DNA of 32,000 nucleotides from Nitrososphaera viennensis EN76 (lineage in GTDB: Archaea; Thermoproteota; Nitrososphaeria; Nitrososphaerales; Nitrososphaeraceae), in contig NZ_CP007536.1 in the NCBI RefSeq assembly GCF_000698785.1, forward strand, positions 1,410,001 to 1,442,000, written 5' to 3'. Both the position numbers and the translations under genes were made by a program. Below the pieces are notes generated by a model. It was not told where the DNA came from, made no database searches, and saw nothing but the letters and a program-made list of their open reading frames with translations. Position 1 is the stretch's first letter. Each line of letters starts with the position of its first letter. Below are positions 7,579-15,478 of this stretch, piece by piece.

Positions 7579-8394
7579 TTAGTTTCCGTCATTTCTTGAT
7601 TCCGGAACGGAGCCGCGTACAGCCCAAACTCGACCGTGAAGGATAAACGGAGCTGTTTCATCTCGAAGTCTCAACTGTCTCTTTACTTCTTCGCGCAGGA
7701 TTGGTAGGCGGTCGTGGCCGATATGTTTCACATAGGCGCCGGCCGGGCCTTGACCCATCAGGAAAGGCTCCCAATAGTCCTGAAAAGATTTGAAATTCAT
7801 CTCGACTTCCAGTGGCTGCTCGTGGATGTTTTCAAGTGCAGCAGACTTCCATAGACCAGAGAGCTCGCCGGCGCGGCACAGCGGCATGTGCCTTTCGTGG
7901 AGCCTGCTAGCGTTCGCGTCCACAGCCACTGCGGCATCCCAAAACGCTCGTAGCATCTCCATGCCGTCACCATAATCCCATACCGCCGCGACAACTTGCC
8001 CTCCGGGTCTTGTTACCCTCCTCATTTCAGAGAGCGCCCTGGGTGCATTTGGGATGAAGTTGAGCACAAGCATGGATAGGCTATTATCAAATGCCGCATC
8101 CGGAAAAGCAAGGTCTTGTATGTCGCCGACTTTAAAGTGAACCCTGTCAGAGTAATTGTTGCGTGATTCGGCGTAGATGATATATTCCTTTGAAGTGTCG
8201 ATGCCCACTATATGGCAGAGGGGTCTGAATTCGGCGATGGCGAAAGCCAGAGCGCCTATGCCACAACCAGCATCAAGGATCTTGCCGCCGCAATCAGGAA
8301 TCTCTGCAAATTGTGCTAAGCATGGCGCAAGCAGGCGACTCCACCGACCCATGAATTGATCATAGGCATAGGCGTTGGTAAACATGTGCGCCAC
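7579..8394 (-). CDS. Class I SAM-dependent methyltransferase
   Basis: Motif I ILDAGCGIGALAF, followed by HFKVGDIQDLAFPDAAFD and LSMLVLNFI (Methyltransf_11-like). Confidence 0.85.
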   Translation of the reverse strand: MAHMFTNAYAYDQFMGRWSRLLAPCLAQFAEIPDCGGKILDAGCGIGALAFAIAEFRPLCHIVGIDTSKEYIIYAESRNNYSDRVHFKVGDIQDLAFPDAAFDNSLSMLVLNFIPNAPRALSEMRRVTRPGGQVVAAVWDYGDGMEMLRAFWDAAVAVDANASRLHERHMPLCRAGELSGLWKSAALENIHEQPLEVEMNFKSFQDYWEPFLMGQGPAGAYVKHIGHDRLPILREEVKRQLRLRDETAPFILHGRVWAVRGSVPESRNDGN

Positions 8395-8530
8395 TTCTGT
8401 TCACGGAGTAAAGCGCAAGGTAGATAGAAATAGCTATCATTGATCTTGAGGCCAGCATTTTTCCAGTCAGCCAGTGGCTTGGGCAAAAATGGCCCTTTCA
8501 TGTCGTGTATGACTACTCTGAGAAAAGTGG

Positions 8531-8604
8531 TGGGCCGTAAGGGATTTGAACCCTCGACCTTTCGATTATCAGTCGAACGCTCCACCAAGCTGAGCTAACG
8601 GCCC
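8531..8604 (-). tRNA. tRNA-Ile (anticodon GAU)
   Basis: Hand-folded cloverleaf: acceptor GGGCCGT/ACGGCCC, D stem GCTC/GAGC, anticodon stem TTCGA/TCGAA with loop CTGATAA, T arm GAGGG-TTCAAAT-CCCTT. CCA is encoded at 8530..8528. A TTAAATAA box lies about 25 nt upstream. Confidence 0.9.
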
Positions 8605-8900
8605 GTTTGTTTCAAAACTGGGAGCGTTATTTAATCGTCGCTACCCTGCATGCAAGAATCATTATTAGCAGCAATGGCGGCCGAGAACAAAAATGTTGAA
8701 ATCAAAGACGGTGAGCGTTTCCATCGACTGCGATCCAGAGACAGCGTACGAGTTTGTCGCAAACCTGAAAAATCTAAAGAACGCCATCGAGAATAGCTGA
8801 AAATATTTTTGAACAGGCCACCGGTACACTTTTAACCCCATCTTTTGAAGATAAGTCGGGACCACAAATAGGCAAGAAAAAAGTACTTTCTGAATCAGAG

Positions 8901-9176
8901 TTGAAGGAGATGGTCATGCCGCAGCAGGGCGAGCTCTTGGGCCGCGTGATAAAGCTGGTTGGCGGTGACAACATCATAGTAAAGTGTACCGACGGCAAGG
9001 TGCGCACGTGCCGCATCAGGGGCAAGATAAAGCGCAGGATGTGGATCCGCGACAACGACCTCGTTCTCGTCGCGCCGTGGGATTTCCAGTCTGACAGGGC
9101 CGACATCATCTGGCGCTACATCTCGGCGCACGCTGAAAAGATGAAGGCAGAAGGCCACCTGCAGGGCCTCGAATAG
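8901..9176 (+). CDS. eif1a: Translation initiation factor aIF-1A
   Basis: S1/OB pattern: PQQGELLGRVIKLVGGDNIIVKCTDGKVRTCRIRGKIKRRMWIRDNDLVLVAPWDFQSDRADIIWRY. The start is uncertain (TTG 8901, ATG 8910 or 8916); the frame is open back to 8778 with no ATG. Confidence 0.85.
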   Translation: MKEMVMPQQGELLGRVIKLVGGDNIIVKCTDGKVRTCRIRGKIKRRMWIRDNDLVLVAPWDFQSDRADIIWRYISAHAEKMKAEGHLQGLE

Positions 9177-9227
9177 AAAAAAACAGAATAATACACTTAA
9201 ATTATCATTTTTCAGCGTTAGGTCTGT

Positions 9228-9331
9228 GGGCTGGTAGTTTAGTCCGGTAGAATACCTGCCTTGCATGCCTTGCATATACATGCAGGCAGAGGACACGTAG
9301 GTGGTCGTGGGTTCGAATCCCACCCAGTCCA
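9228..9331 (+). tRNA. tRNA-Ala (anticodon UGC) carrying two insertions (introns) of about 15 nt each
   Basis: Acceptor GGGCTGG/CCAGTCC gives a G3:U70 pair (Ala identity). Anticodon stem CCTGC...GCAGG with loop CTTGCAT. T arm GTGGG-TTCGAAT-CCCAC. Span is 104 nt against about 74 nt for the mature form; the extra sequence is after position 37/38 and between the anticodon stem and T stem. Confidence 0.8.
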
Positions 9332-9414
9332 CTACACATATTTTTCATCATTTTTCGGTGCCCGATCCGCTTGCGTTAAGTTCAAATATGGTGCGGGACG
9401 GAACGAATTCTACA

Positions 9415-9723
9415 ATGGAATACGTATACGCTGCTCTGCTTCTCCACAAGCTAAAGCAGAATATCACTGAAGATAATGTCAAGAGCGTTGTCAAGGCTGC
9501 AGGCGTGACGCCAGACGACGTAAGGGTCAAGGCCCTCGTCGCGGCCCTCTCAGAGGTCAACATCGAAGAGGCGCTAAAGGCTGCGCCAGTCGCAGTGGCA
9601 GCGGCAGCACCGGCAGGCGGCGCATCTGCGCCAGCAGGCGGAGCGGCCCCGGCCAAGGAAGAAAAGAAGGACGAAAAGAAAGAGGAAGAAGCCCTGGAAG
9701 GCCTGTCTTCCCTCTTTGGTTAA
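9415..9723 (+). CDS. rpl12: Ribosomal stalk protein P1 (L12e)
   Basis: [31 protein letters not shown]..., an Ala/Pro hinge, and the conserved tail [13 protein letters not shown]. The upstream part of track ORF 9301.. is the tRNA shadow. Confidence 0.9.
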   Translation: MEYVYAALLLHKLKQNITEDNVKSVVKAAGVTPDDVRVKALVAALSEVNIEEALKAAPVAVAAAAPAGGASAPAGGAAPAKEEKKDEKKEEEALEGLSSLFG

Positions 9724-9735
9724 GAAAGACACACA

Positions 9736-9812
9736 CCCTCCTTTCTTTTCTTTTCCCCTTTTACCCTCTCCCGCTCTTCCACTCCCCCACATTCTCTTTG
9801 CTTTCTTCTCCT
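9736..9812 (+). terminator. 77-nt polypyrimidine tract downstream of P1 (T-run-rich, terminator-like), sharing a core with 13873-13933
   Basis: Only 6 purines in 77 nt by hand count. T-runs TTTCTTTTCTTTT. The 12-mer TCCCGCTCTTCC (9769-9780) recurs at 13882-13893. Confidence 0.35.
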
Positions 9813-10044
9813 AGGCTATAGCCAGCCGCTCTTTTTCCGAGTACTTTTTTGCCTCGTGGAACAGGGCGTCGGCCTCCTCGCCGTACGCCTCTATCCCAAA
9901 GCCGGCGCCGCCGTCGCACGATACCTGGACGGTGCAGCGCTTGATCCCGTTTCTCATGTAGCCGATGCTTGCCTGCACGTCCCTGACGCCGTTGCCACTC
10001 CTGACGGCGTAGAGAAAGGCGTCGATGCTGCTACGGAACATCAT
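9811..10044 (-). CDS. Hypothetical 77-aa protein
   Basis: ORF with host-like composition. A 14-nt overlap with the upstream Zn-ribbon gene suggests an operon. No family recognised. Confidence 0.45.
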   Translation of the reverse strand: MMFRSSIDAFLYAVRSGNGVRDVQASIGYMRNGIKRCTVQVSCDGGAGFGIEAYGEEADALFHEAKKYSEKERLAIA

Positions 10045-10438
10045 CGATCCCGCACCTTGCCTGCCACAGCATCATGGCGAGCTTTTTGCGCATCTTGCCG
10101 TACTTGCCTGCGCTCGTAAAGGAGACAAGGTGCCCGCACCTGCCGCAGCGCGCCCTCTTTATGTGCGACAGGTCCAGCCGGTACAGCGGTAGCAGCTTGC
10201 ATGCCGGGCAGCGATAGTGCGTAAGGAACAGCCTCTGGATAGGCGACATTTCCATGTGGCTTATGCCCTCGTCGTTGCAGAGGGCGCCCACCTTCTGTTC
10301 CAAAAGCCTTTCCATCGGCGCGAACTCTGTACGATATGCTGCTTCCTGCTTCTCCATGTCGTACCGGACCGGCGGCGACGTCGTCGACGGCACCACCACC
10401 ATTTTCTCAGACCAATATGATGACGACATCTGGCTCAT
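10031..10438 (-). CDS. Zinc-ribbon protein (IS1595-type transposase zinc-ribbon-like domain only)
   Basis: RCPACKLLPLYRLDLSHIKRARCGRCGHLVSFTSAGKYGKMRKKLAMMLW has CxxC...CxxC spacing and resembles the Zn_Tnp_IS1595 pattern. No catalytic transposase domain is present. Confidence 0.5.
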   Translation of the reverse strand: MSQMSSSYWSEKMVVVPSTTSPPVRYDMEKQEAAYRTEFAPMERLLEQKVGALCNDEGISHMEMSPIQRLFLTHYRCPACKLLPLYRLDLSHIKRARCGRCGHLVSFTSAGKYGKMRKKLAMMLWQARCGIDDVP

Positions 10439-10650
10439 ACTGCTCCTGCACGGCTCAAAACCATTGGTAAAAGCCGTTCTGTCCGGATATGGCGCGCTGG
10501 TGCCCTGTATCAGGGCGGTGCTATTCCTACAATCCGCTTGCTATTAATAATAATGCATTCTGGCGAGTTTTTGTATAAAATATTCGTGTGTGATATTGTG
10601 TAAAATGCAATTTGCATGATAAAGACAGCAAAAAGATAAAGAAACTGTGG

Positions 10651-10668
10651 GCACAAAAAAGCCCGGGG
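10651..10668 (-). terminator. Terminator-like GC element followed by T6, directly after the P0 stop
   Basis: The minus strand reads TAG-CCCCGGGC-TTTTTT-GTGC immediately after the P0 stop (10671..10669). Confidence 0.4.
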
Positions 10669-11559
10669 CTACTGCGCGGTGTAGCCCTTTTTCTTTGCCT
10701 CGCCGGCCACTGCCTGCGCCTTGGACTGCGCCCTTGGAAGCACAATGTCGGCGGTGTCCTTGGTGAGGTAGCCCGACTCGGCTGCAAGCGACCTTGCGTG
10801 CTGCTGCGCCTTGACCAGGAGCGGCTTTACCGTCTCTGGCGTCATGTAGCCTGCCTCTGTCGCAAGCGCCAGCGCCTGCTGGAACGACCTGACGAGCTCT
10901 TCCTTGTACGCGGCAAGGTCGATGCGCAGGTCGGCCTCCTTGAACAGCAGGCCCTCGGCGATGGCAAAGTTGACGGCAATGCCTGCCTCTATGGGCTTGA
11001 TGTTGAGCTTGCTCAAGAGCGAGGCAAGCTGCTGCGAGATGACGTCGCCGGGCTTGGCCACCACGGTATCCTTGTTGACCCAGATGGTGCCCTGATCTAT
11101 CTTGGTCTGCACGTTTGCGACCTTGAACTCGGACAGCACGGGGCCCGGCGCGATGCCGGTGTTGCCTGCAGGGACCACAATCTCTTTTGTGGCAATGTCG
11201 CCTCCCTTGGCCGGGAGGAAGATCTTGTTCTGAGAGAACACGAGGTTGAGCTTGAACGGGCTGATGTTGGTGAACATGAGCGCGCACTGACCTTCCAGCT
11301 CCTTGCTCAGGCTTTCAATGCCAGCCACCCCCTTGACGCCCTCAAAGGCGCGCTGGGCGACCTTGTTCTTGATTATCCTTATCTTGATGTCGTTGCGGAA
11401 CTTTTTGCGGATGAGCATCAGCTGCGACGCGCGCACCTTGTTCATCTTTGACAGCGCTATCACGTTGTACGACTTGGGCAGCTCCTGCAGCTCCTGGTAC
11501 ATCAGGCGCTTTTTCTTCGGGTAACTCTTGCGCTGGACTGCTTGTGTTGTTGATGACAT
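10669..11559 (-). CDS. rplP0: Ribosomal stalk protein P0 (L10)
   Basis: N-terminus YPKKKRLMYQELQELPKSYNVIALSKMNKVRASQLMLIRKKFRNDIKIRIIKNKV and a C-terminal helical spine (GYMTPETVKPLL, GYLTKDTADIVL). Immediately downstream of L1. Confidence 0.9.
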   Translation of the reverse strand: MSSTTQAVQRKSYPKKKRLMYQELQELPKSYNVIALSKMNKVRASQLMLIRKKFRNDIKIRIIKNKVAQRAFEGVKGVAGIESLSKELEGQCALMFTNISPFKLNLVFSQNKIFLPAKGGDIATKEIVVPAGNTGIAPGPVLSEFKVANVQTKIDQGTIWVNKDTVVAKPGDVISQQLASLLSKLNIKPIEAGIAVNFAIAEGLLFKEADLRIDLAAYKEELVRSFQQALALATEAGYMTPETVKPLLVKAQQHARSLAAESGYLTKDTADIVLPRAQSKAQAVAGEAKKKGYTAQ

Positions 11560-11565
11560 TTTTTC

Positions 11566-12243
11566 TTATTCTTCCTCCTTCTTTTTCTCCGCGGCCTTGA
11601 GCGCCGAGAGCTTGGCTCCCTTGCCCATCGTGAACTTGATCATGACGTTCTTGATGTTCTTGTCGCCCTGCGGCAGCTTTTTCTCAACCGCTGCAATGAC
11701 GGCATTTGCATTTTCGGCAAGCTGGTCGTCGGAAAGCTTTTCGTCGCCTATCTTGGTCGACGCGTTCAGCTGGTTCTTGGCCTTGACGCGCACAGATCCT
11801 CGGAAGCGCGTGGCTATTGTCTCTACCGGCGCGCCGTAGGGAAGAGGCGTCGGCATCTTGCCCTTTGGTCCAAGGAACTGGCCCAGGGAGCGACCGACTG
11901 CCGCCATCTGGCCCGTGTCGGACAGGAAAAAGTCGTGCGCCCTCACTATCTTGCGGGCCTCGCGCTTGTTGGTGCCAAGGCGGTCAAGCTCGCCAGGCTC
12001 CATCACGCGCTCTACCCCGGCCTTTTTGGCCCTCATGCCCATCTCGCCGGCTGCAATCACGCATATCGTCGGCTGCCTGCTCGGCTTGTGCGGCAGGACG
12101 ACCGTCTCGTTGAGATTGAAACCCTTCTTTACGTCGATATCCTTCAGTACAAGTGTCAATTCTGCAGACTGGCTAAAGTTGCGCTTGCCTGCTCCTTCGC
12201 GCGCCCTCTTGACCAGCTCCTTGATTTGGCTGTCGCTCACCAT
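11566..12243 (-). CDS. rpl1: Ribosomal protein L1
   Basis: MVSDSQIKELVKRAREGAGKRNFSQSAELTLVLKDIDVKK... is L1-like, and the L1-P0 gene order fits. I prefer ATG 12243 over the track start 12276. Confidence 0.88.
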   Translation of the reverse strand: MVSDSQIKELVKRAREGAGKRNFSQSAELTLVLKDIDVKKGFNLNETVVLPHKPSRQPTICVIAAGEMGMRAKKAGVERVMEPGELDRLGTNKREARKIVRAHDFFLSDTGQMAAVGRSLGQFLGPKGKMPTPLPYGAPVETIATRFRGSVRVKAKNQLNASTKIGDEKLSDDQLAENANAVIAAVEKKLPQGDKNIKNVMIKFTMGKGAKLSALKAAEKKKEEE

Positions 12244-12561
12244 GTTTCCGTACACGCTCAGAGCGTGGCAGGCCACTTTTAATCTTTAGGATTTGCAACA
12301 CAGGATCAGCGGCCAGTAGCAGGCGTGCACGGGACGCCGGCACAAGCGAAAAACCCAGCATCCATTCTCCCTCTATAACTATTTTCTTTAGTTTCTAGCT
12401 ATTTTTTCTGTGAAAATTGCATATTGGATATTGTACTCGTTTTACCTGACTGGTTGGATGCAATTTGCCGGGAGCGTCTCTGTTATGCTTTGAAAAACAG
12501 CCAAAGAATGATGCAAGGATGGGCTAGCTGCCTATATGCAAAATTATTAGAAAAATGTTAC

Positions 12562-13857
12562 ATGTCCACTAGACATAATCTGTCCGGCCGCGGTGGAAGA
12601 ACCCGGACGGGACCGCCCACTACCACCACCAGAAAAAGCGTTGCAGCAGTGACGGCAGCATTGGTGCTGGTCTTGGGCATCCTGGTTTCTGTTCCCCGCT
12701 CGGCCCATGCAGAAGAAAACCCTGACGCCTGCAACTGTGTCATCTTTAGGCTGGATGACATTCAGGATAGCTGGCTCAACACAGTCCAGGTTGAACTGAT
12801 GGACCGTTTCATCGAAGAGGACAAGAAGCTCAACGTCGGCGTGATAATGAACTTTCTTGGAGAAGACGAATCTGTGGTAGACAAGGTGCAGGAAGGACTT
12901 GACTCCGGCAATTTTGAAATCGTGAACCACGGATGGAACCATGTTGCCTACAACGCCCTTACCGCACAAGAGCAGCATGATACGCTAGTGCAGGCCGACG
13001 AAAAGATTGTTTCACTTTGGGGAGCTGACGCGGTGGCCTTTATCCCACCATACCACGAATACAACGAAGATACGCTTGCCGCACTTGAAGACCTCGACAT
13101 GAAGATCATAAGCGCAGAGTTTAGCCTGGAACTGCCAAGCATCTATCACCACGGCGACCCCGGCAACCCGGACAACAAGATCTACAAGGCCATGCCTGAT
13201 TCTGACATCAAGGACCAGTATGGCATCTACCACCTCCCACAGGCAGCAGAATTCTTTGCCCACGACGGCGGCACTCCTACAAAAGTTCCCCTAGAGACAC
13301 TGATTGAGGAAATAGAGGACTCGATTTCAACATACGGATACGCGGTGGTGACGCTGCACCCTTCAGACTTTGCCATCAAGGATGAAAACGACGAGCCGAC
13401 CAACGAGGTTTCCACCAGCGAACTGGAGGACCTGGATGCACTCCTTGCCGAGATAGATAACAGCGGATATGCAACAAAGACGTTCTCTGAAGCTATCCAG
13501 TTCGGATCATCTGGAGGCAATGGCGGCAACGGCAACGGTAATGGCGACAATGGTGATGGCAACGGCAACGGATCAAACAACAATGGATCTACTGACAACG
13601 ACATCTCGCAACGCGTGGCAAGGCTGGTCGAATCAATGATGGACAAGGCGAAAAAGATTGCTGCCGAAGGAATACCCTCAGACGACCAAATCCCCGATGA
13701 GCTGATAAAGTATCGCATGTTTGACCTTGCCAGGTGGGGCGGACCAGAGTTTTCAGCTGCGCTTTACCTTACAGACCTGGTACCCTCGCTGAACTGGAAC
13801 AAGCTGACGGAGAAGCAGCAGATCTACTACATCGAAAAGATGATGGGATACATATGA
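12562..13857 (+). CDS. Secreted polysaccharide deacetylase (NodB/CE4-like) with a Gly/Asn linker and a C-terminal helical domain
   Basis: Signal-like N-terminus MSTRHN...KSVAAVTAALVLVLGILVSVPRSAHA. VIFRLDDIQDSW and EIVNHGWNH resemble CE4 motifs. GGNGGNGNGNGDNGDGNGNGSNNNG linker. I prefer start ATG 12562 over the track start 12424. Confidence 0.75.
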   Translation: MSTRHNLSGRGGRTRTGPPTTTTRKSVAAVTAALVLVLGILVSVPRSAHAEENPDACNCVIFRLDDIQDSWLNTVQVELMDRFIEEDKKLNVGVIMNFLGEDESVVDKVQEGLDSGNFEIVNHGWNHVAYNALTAQEQHDTLVQADEKIVSLWGADAVAFIPPYHEYNEDTLAALEDLDMKIISAEFSLELPSIYHHGDPGNPDNKIYKAMPDSDIKDQYGIYHLPQAAEFFAHDGGTPTKVPLETLIEEIEDSISTYGYAVVTLHPSDFAIKDENDEPTNEVSTSELEDLDALLAEIDNSGYATKTFSEAIQFGSSGGNGGNGNGNGDNGDGNGNGSNNNGSTDNDISQRVARLVESMMDKAKKIAAEGIPSDDQIPDELIKYRMFDLARWGGPEFSAALYLTDLVPSLNWNKLTEKQQIYYIEKMMGYI

Positions 13858-13872
13858 TGATCGGGTAAGGGA

Positions 13873-13933
13873 TTTTTCCCTTCCCGCTCTTCCCACCATC
13901 TTTTTCTTTTTTCTTGCCTTTTCTCCATTTTCC
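13873..13933 (+). terminator. 61-nt polypyrimidine tract downstream of the deacetylase gene; second copy of the CT-rich element
   Basis: 5 purines in 61 nt by hand count. Contains TCCCGCTCTTCC (13882-13893) and T-runs. Confidence 0.35.
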
Positions 13934-14085
13934 AGATGACGATAAAACACAAGGTGCGGTTGCAGCAGCGCAGTATATGCATTGCTGTAGAAAAGATCGG
14001 CTTGAGATATGGCGCTTCGCCTATAACAGTGACAAGACGGTTTTGTCAGAGAAACTGATTCTTCCAATTACCTCGTTTGTTGTTA

Positions 14086-14976
14086 TCATTTCCCTTGTTT
14101 CTTTGACCCTGTAAGGGCGCGCTTTATCATCTCTTTTATCATCTTTTTTTGACGTACACTAACCGCCCTGCGTATGTCTTCAGGAAACTTGGAATAATAT
14201 CCGGTTTTGGCAGGCTTGAAAAACAGGTAATAGCGCAGCATGTTTAGCGCCCCTCTTTTGCCCACTGCCTTGTTTGTCAGAAAATCCCATCCTATCCTAA
14301 AGATTGCATAGGGCGGATAATAGCCAAGACACCTCATCCCGTAACCAAACTCCTTAAAGTTATGGCTGTGGCCCAGCGTGTCGTGGTGGAACAGCTCAAG
14401 GTCGTTTAGTATCCTGATGCTTCCTCGCTTTAACATCAATGCTCTTTCCAGAATCTCGCTTTCATAGCCTAGAATGCGCGGATAGCCATCAGGATAGTGC
14501 TTGAAAAAGAAAGACTGCTTGACAAAACGCCCGCCTCCGTGCGGGGCCTTGGCGTTCATTGGCCCCCAATCACCAGAACATATCACGAGGTCAGGATTTC
14601 TGGCGAACTCTTGCAGTATCCTTTCAGCGTAATTAGGGACGAAGGACGCATCGCTGGGAACTATGACGTGGTAATCATAGTCTTTCAGGATTCCCATATT
14701 CCAGAGCAAGGGTATCCGTGTATAGTCGCGTGTCGTGTTGTGCGTCTGCTGGACCTGTATCAGTTCAGGGTATTTCTGCTCGTACTCCAGCACCGTATTG
14801 TACATCCCGTCGGTCGAGCCGTCGTCTATTATCATTATCCTCGCCGGCATGGCCGTCTGCGCCAGCAGGCTGTCTAAGACTTTACGTATTGACTTGTTGC
14901 CATCTCTGCCAAAGACAATCGCATAATACGATTGTTTTTGACTGTTGCTATCTGACCTTTGTCCCTGTTGATACAT
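14086..14976 (-). CDS. Family-2 glycosyltransferase
   Basis: YYAIVFGRDGNKSIRKVLDSLLAQT...IMIIDDGSTDG (GT2 N-terminal Rossmann region plus a DxD-type motif). Confidence 0.85.
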   Translation of the reverse strand: MYQQGQRSDSNSQKQSYYAIVFGRDGNKSIRKVLDSLLAQTAMPARIMIIDDGSTDGMYNTVLEYEQKYPELIQVQQTHNTTRDYTRIPLLWNMGILKDYDYHVIVPSDASFVPNYAERILQEFARNPDLVICSGDWGPMNAKAPHGGGRFVKQSFFFKHYPDGYPRILGYESEILERALMLKRGSIRILNDLELFHHDTLGHSHNFKEFGYGMRCLGYYPPYAIFRIGWDFLTNKAVGKRGALNMLRYYLFFKPAKTGYYSKFPEDIRRAVSVRQKKMIKEMIKRALTGSKKQGK

Positions 14977-15478
14977 CCTTTGTCACCACAGCTCCCATGC
15001 AGATGAAGGCATTATCGCCCACTTTCACATGATCCCGAATCGTTGCATTCAGGCCAATAAAGACGCTGTCGCCAATCTCTGCGCTCCCACCGACGACAGC
15101 GCCCGCGGCAATCACACAGTTCTTGCCAATCCGGACGTTGTGACTGATGTGCACAAGGTTGTCGATTTTTGTATTCTCGCCAATGATGGTGCTGCCTAAG
15201 GTTCCCCGGTCAATGCAGGTGTTTGCGCCAATTTCTGCATTGTCGCCAATGATGACGTTGCCGACGTGGGGCCAGCGTTTAGTATAGTTGCTTTCAGGAT
15301 CAAAGCCAAAGCCCTCCTTGCCTATCACGGCATAAGCGGCTATTGTCACGTCTTTGCCAAGGACGGCATTTTCAATAATAGCCGTAGGATGAATGTAAGG
15401 CTTGGGCGCTGGCAGCGTCCTGAGATAGCTATGCGCTTCTTGTTGTGACGGGAACTGTTTTTTGTTTTCTATGCTCAT
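14948..15478 (-). CDS. Left-handed beta-helix (hexapeptide-repeat) sugar acyl/acetyltransferase
   Basis: Consecutive hexapeptide repeats (IGDNAEIGANTCI, IGENTKIDNLVHI, IGKNCVIAAGAVV, IGDSVFIGLNATI). Overlaps both neighbouring genes. Confidence 0.85.
   Translation of the reverse strand: MSIENKKQFPSQQEAHSYLRTLPAPKPYIHPTAIIENAVLGKDVTIAAYAVIGKEGFGFDPESNYTKRWPHVGNVIIGDNAEIGANTCIDRGTLGSTIIGENTKIDNLVHISHNVRIGKNCVIAAGAVVGGSAEIGDSVFIGLNATIRDHVKVGDNAFICMGAVVTKDVSTGTKVR

Noticed and set aside
8316-8588. 90-aa minus-strand ORF, and the 145-aa ORF at 8895..9332 containing [10 protein letters not shown]
   Set aside because: Both read through tRNA genes. The GFEPTT-type peptide is the classic translation of a tRNA T-arm. 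They are not protein-coding.
8693-8800. 35-codon plus-strand ORF MLKSKTVSVSIDCDPETAYEFVANLKNLKNAIENS, resembling the first strand-helix of an SRPBCC/START-like protein
   Set aside because: It is too short, and the resemblance is only a generic pattern. The rest of the domain is absent in all frames. It may be a gene remnant but is not supportable.
10592-10617. GATATTGT plus near-palindrome ATGCAATTTGCAT; related AAATTGCAT-N4-GATATTGT at 12414-12434 and ATGCAATTT at 12459-12467
   Set aside because: The matches are 8-9-mers in AT-rich promoter DNA with different spacing (5 vs 4 nt) and different relative orientation. This is within what chance can produce in 32 kb, so I do not claim a shared operator.
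10544-11287. 247-aa minus-strand ORF overlapping P0 out of frame
   Set aside because: It is an alternative frame of the P0 gene with Arg/Gly/His-rich composition. The P0 frame has clear family features.
12253-12267. Hairpin CACGCT-CAG-AGCGTG just upstream of the L1 start, considered as an L1 autoregulatory mRNA site
   Set aside because: The predicted TSS (about 26 nt downstream of the AAAGATTAAAA box) would fall inside the hairpin. I cannot match it to the L1-binding consensus from memory.
13510-13590. GGC/AAC/GAT-rich near-tandem DNA repeat
   Set aside because: It is in frame and encodes the Gly/Asn/Asp linker of the deacetylase. It is coding low complexity, not a stand-alone repeat or CRISPR-like array.
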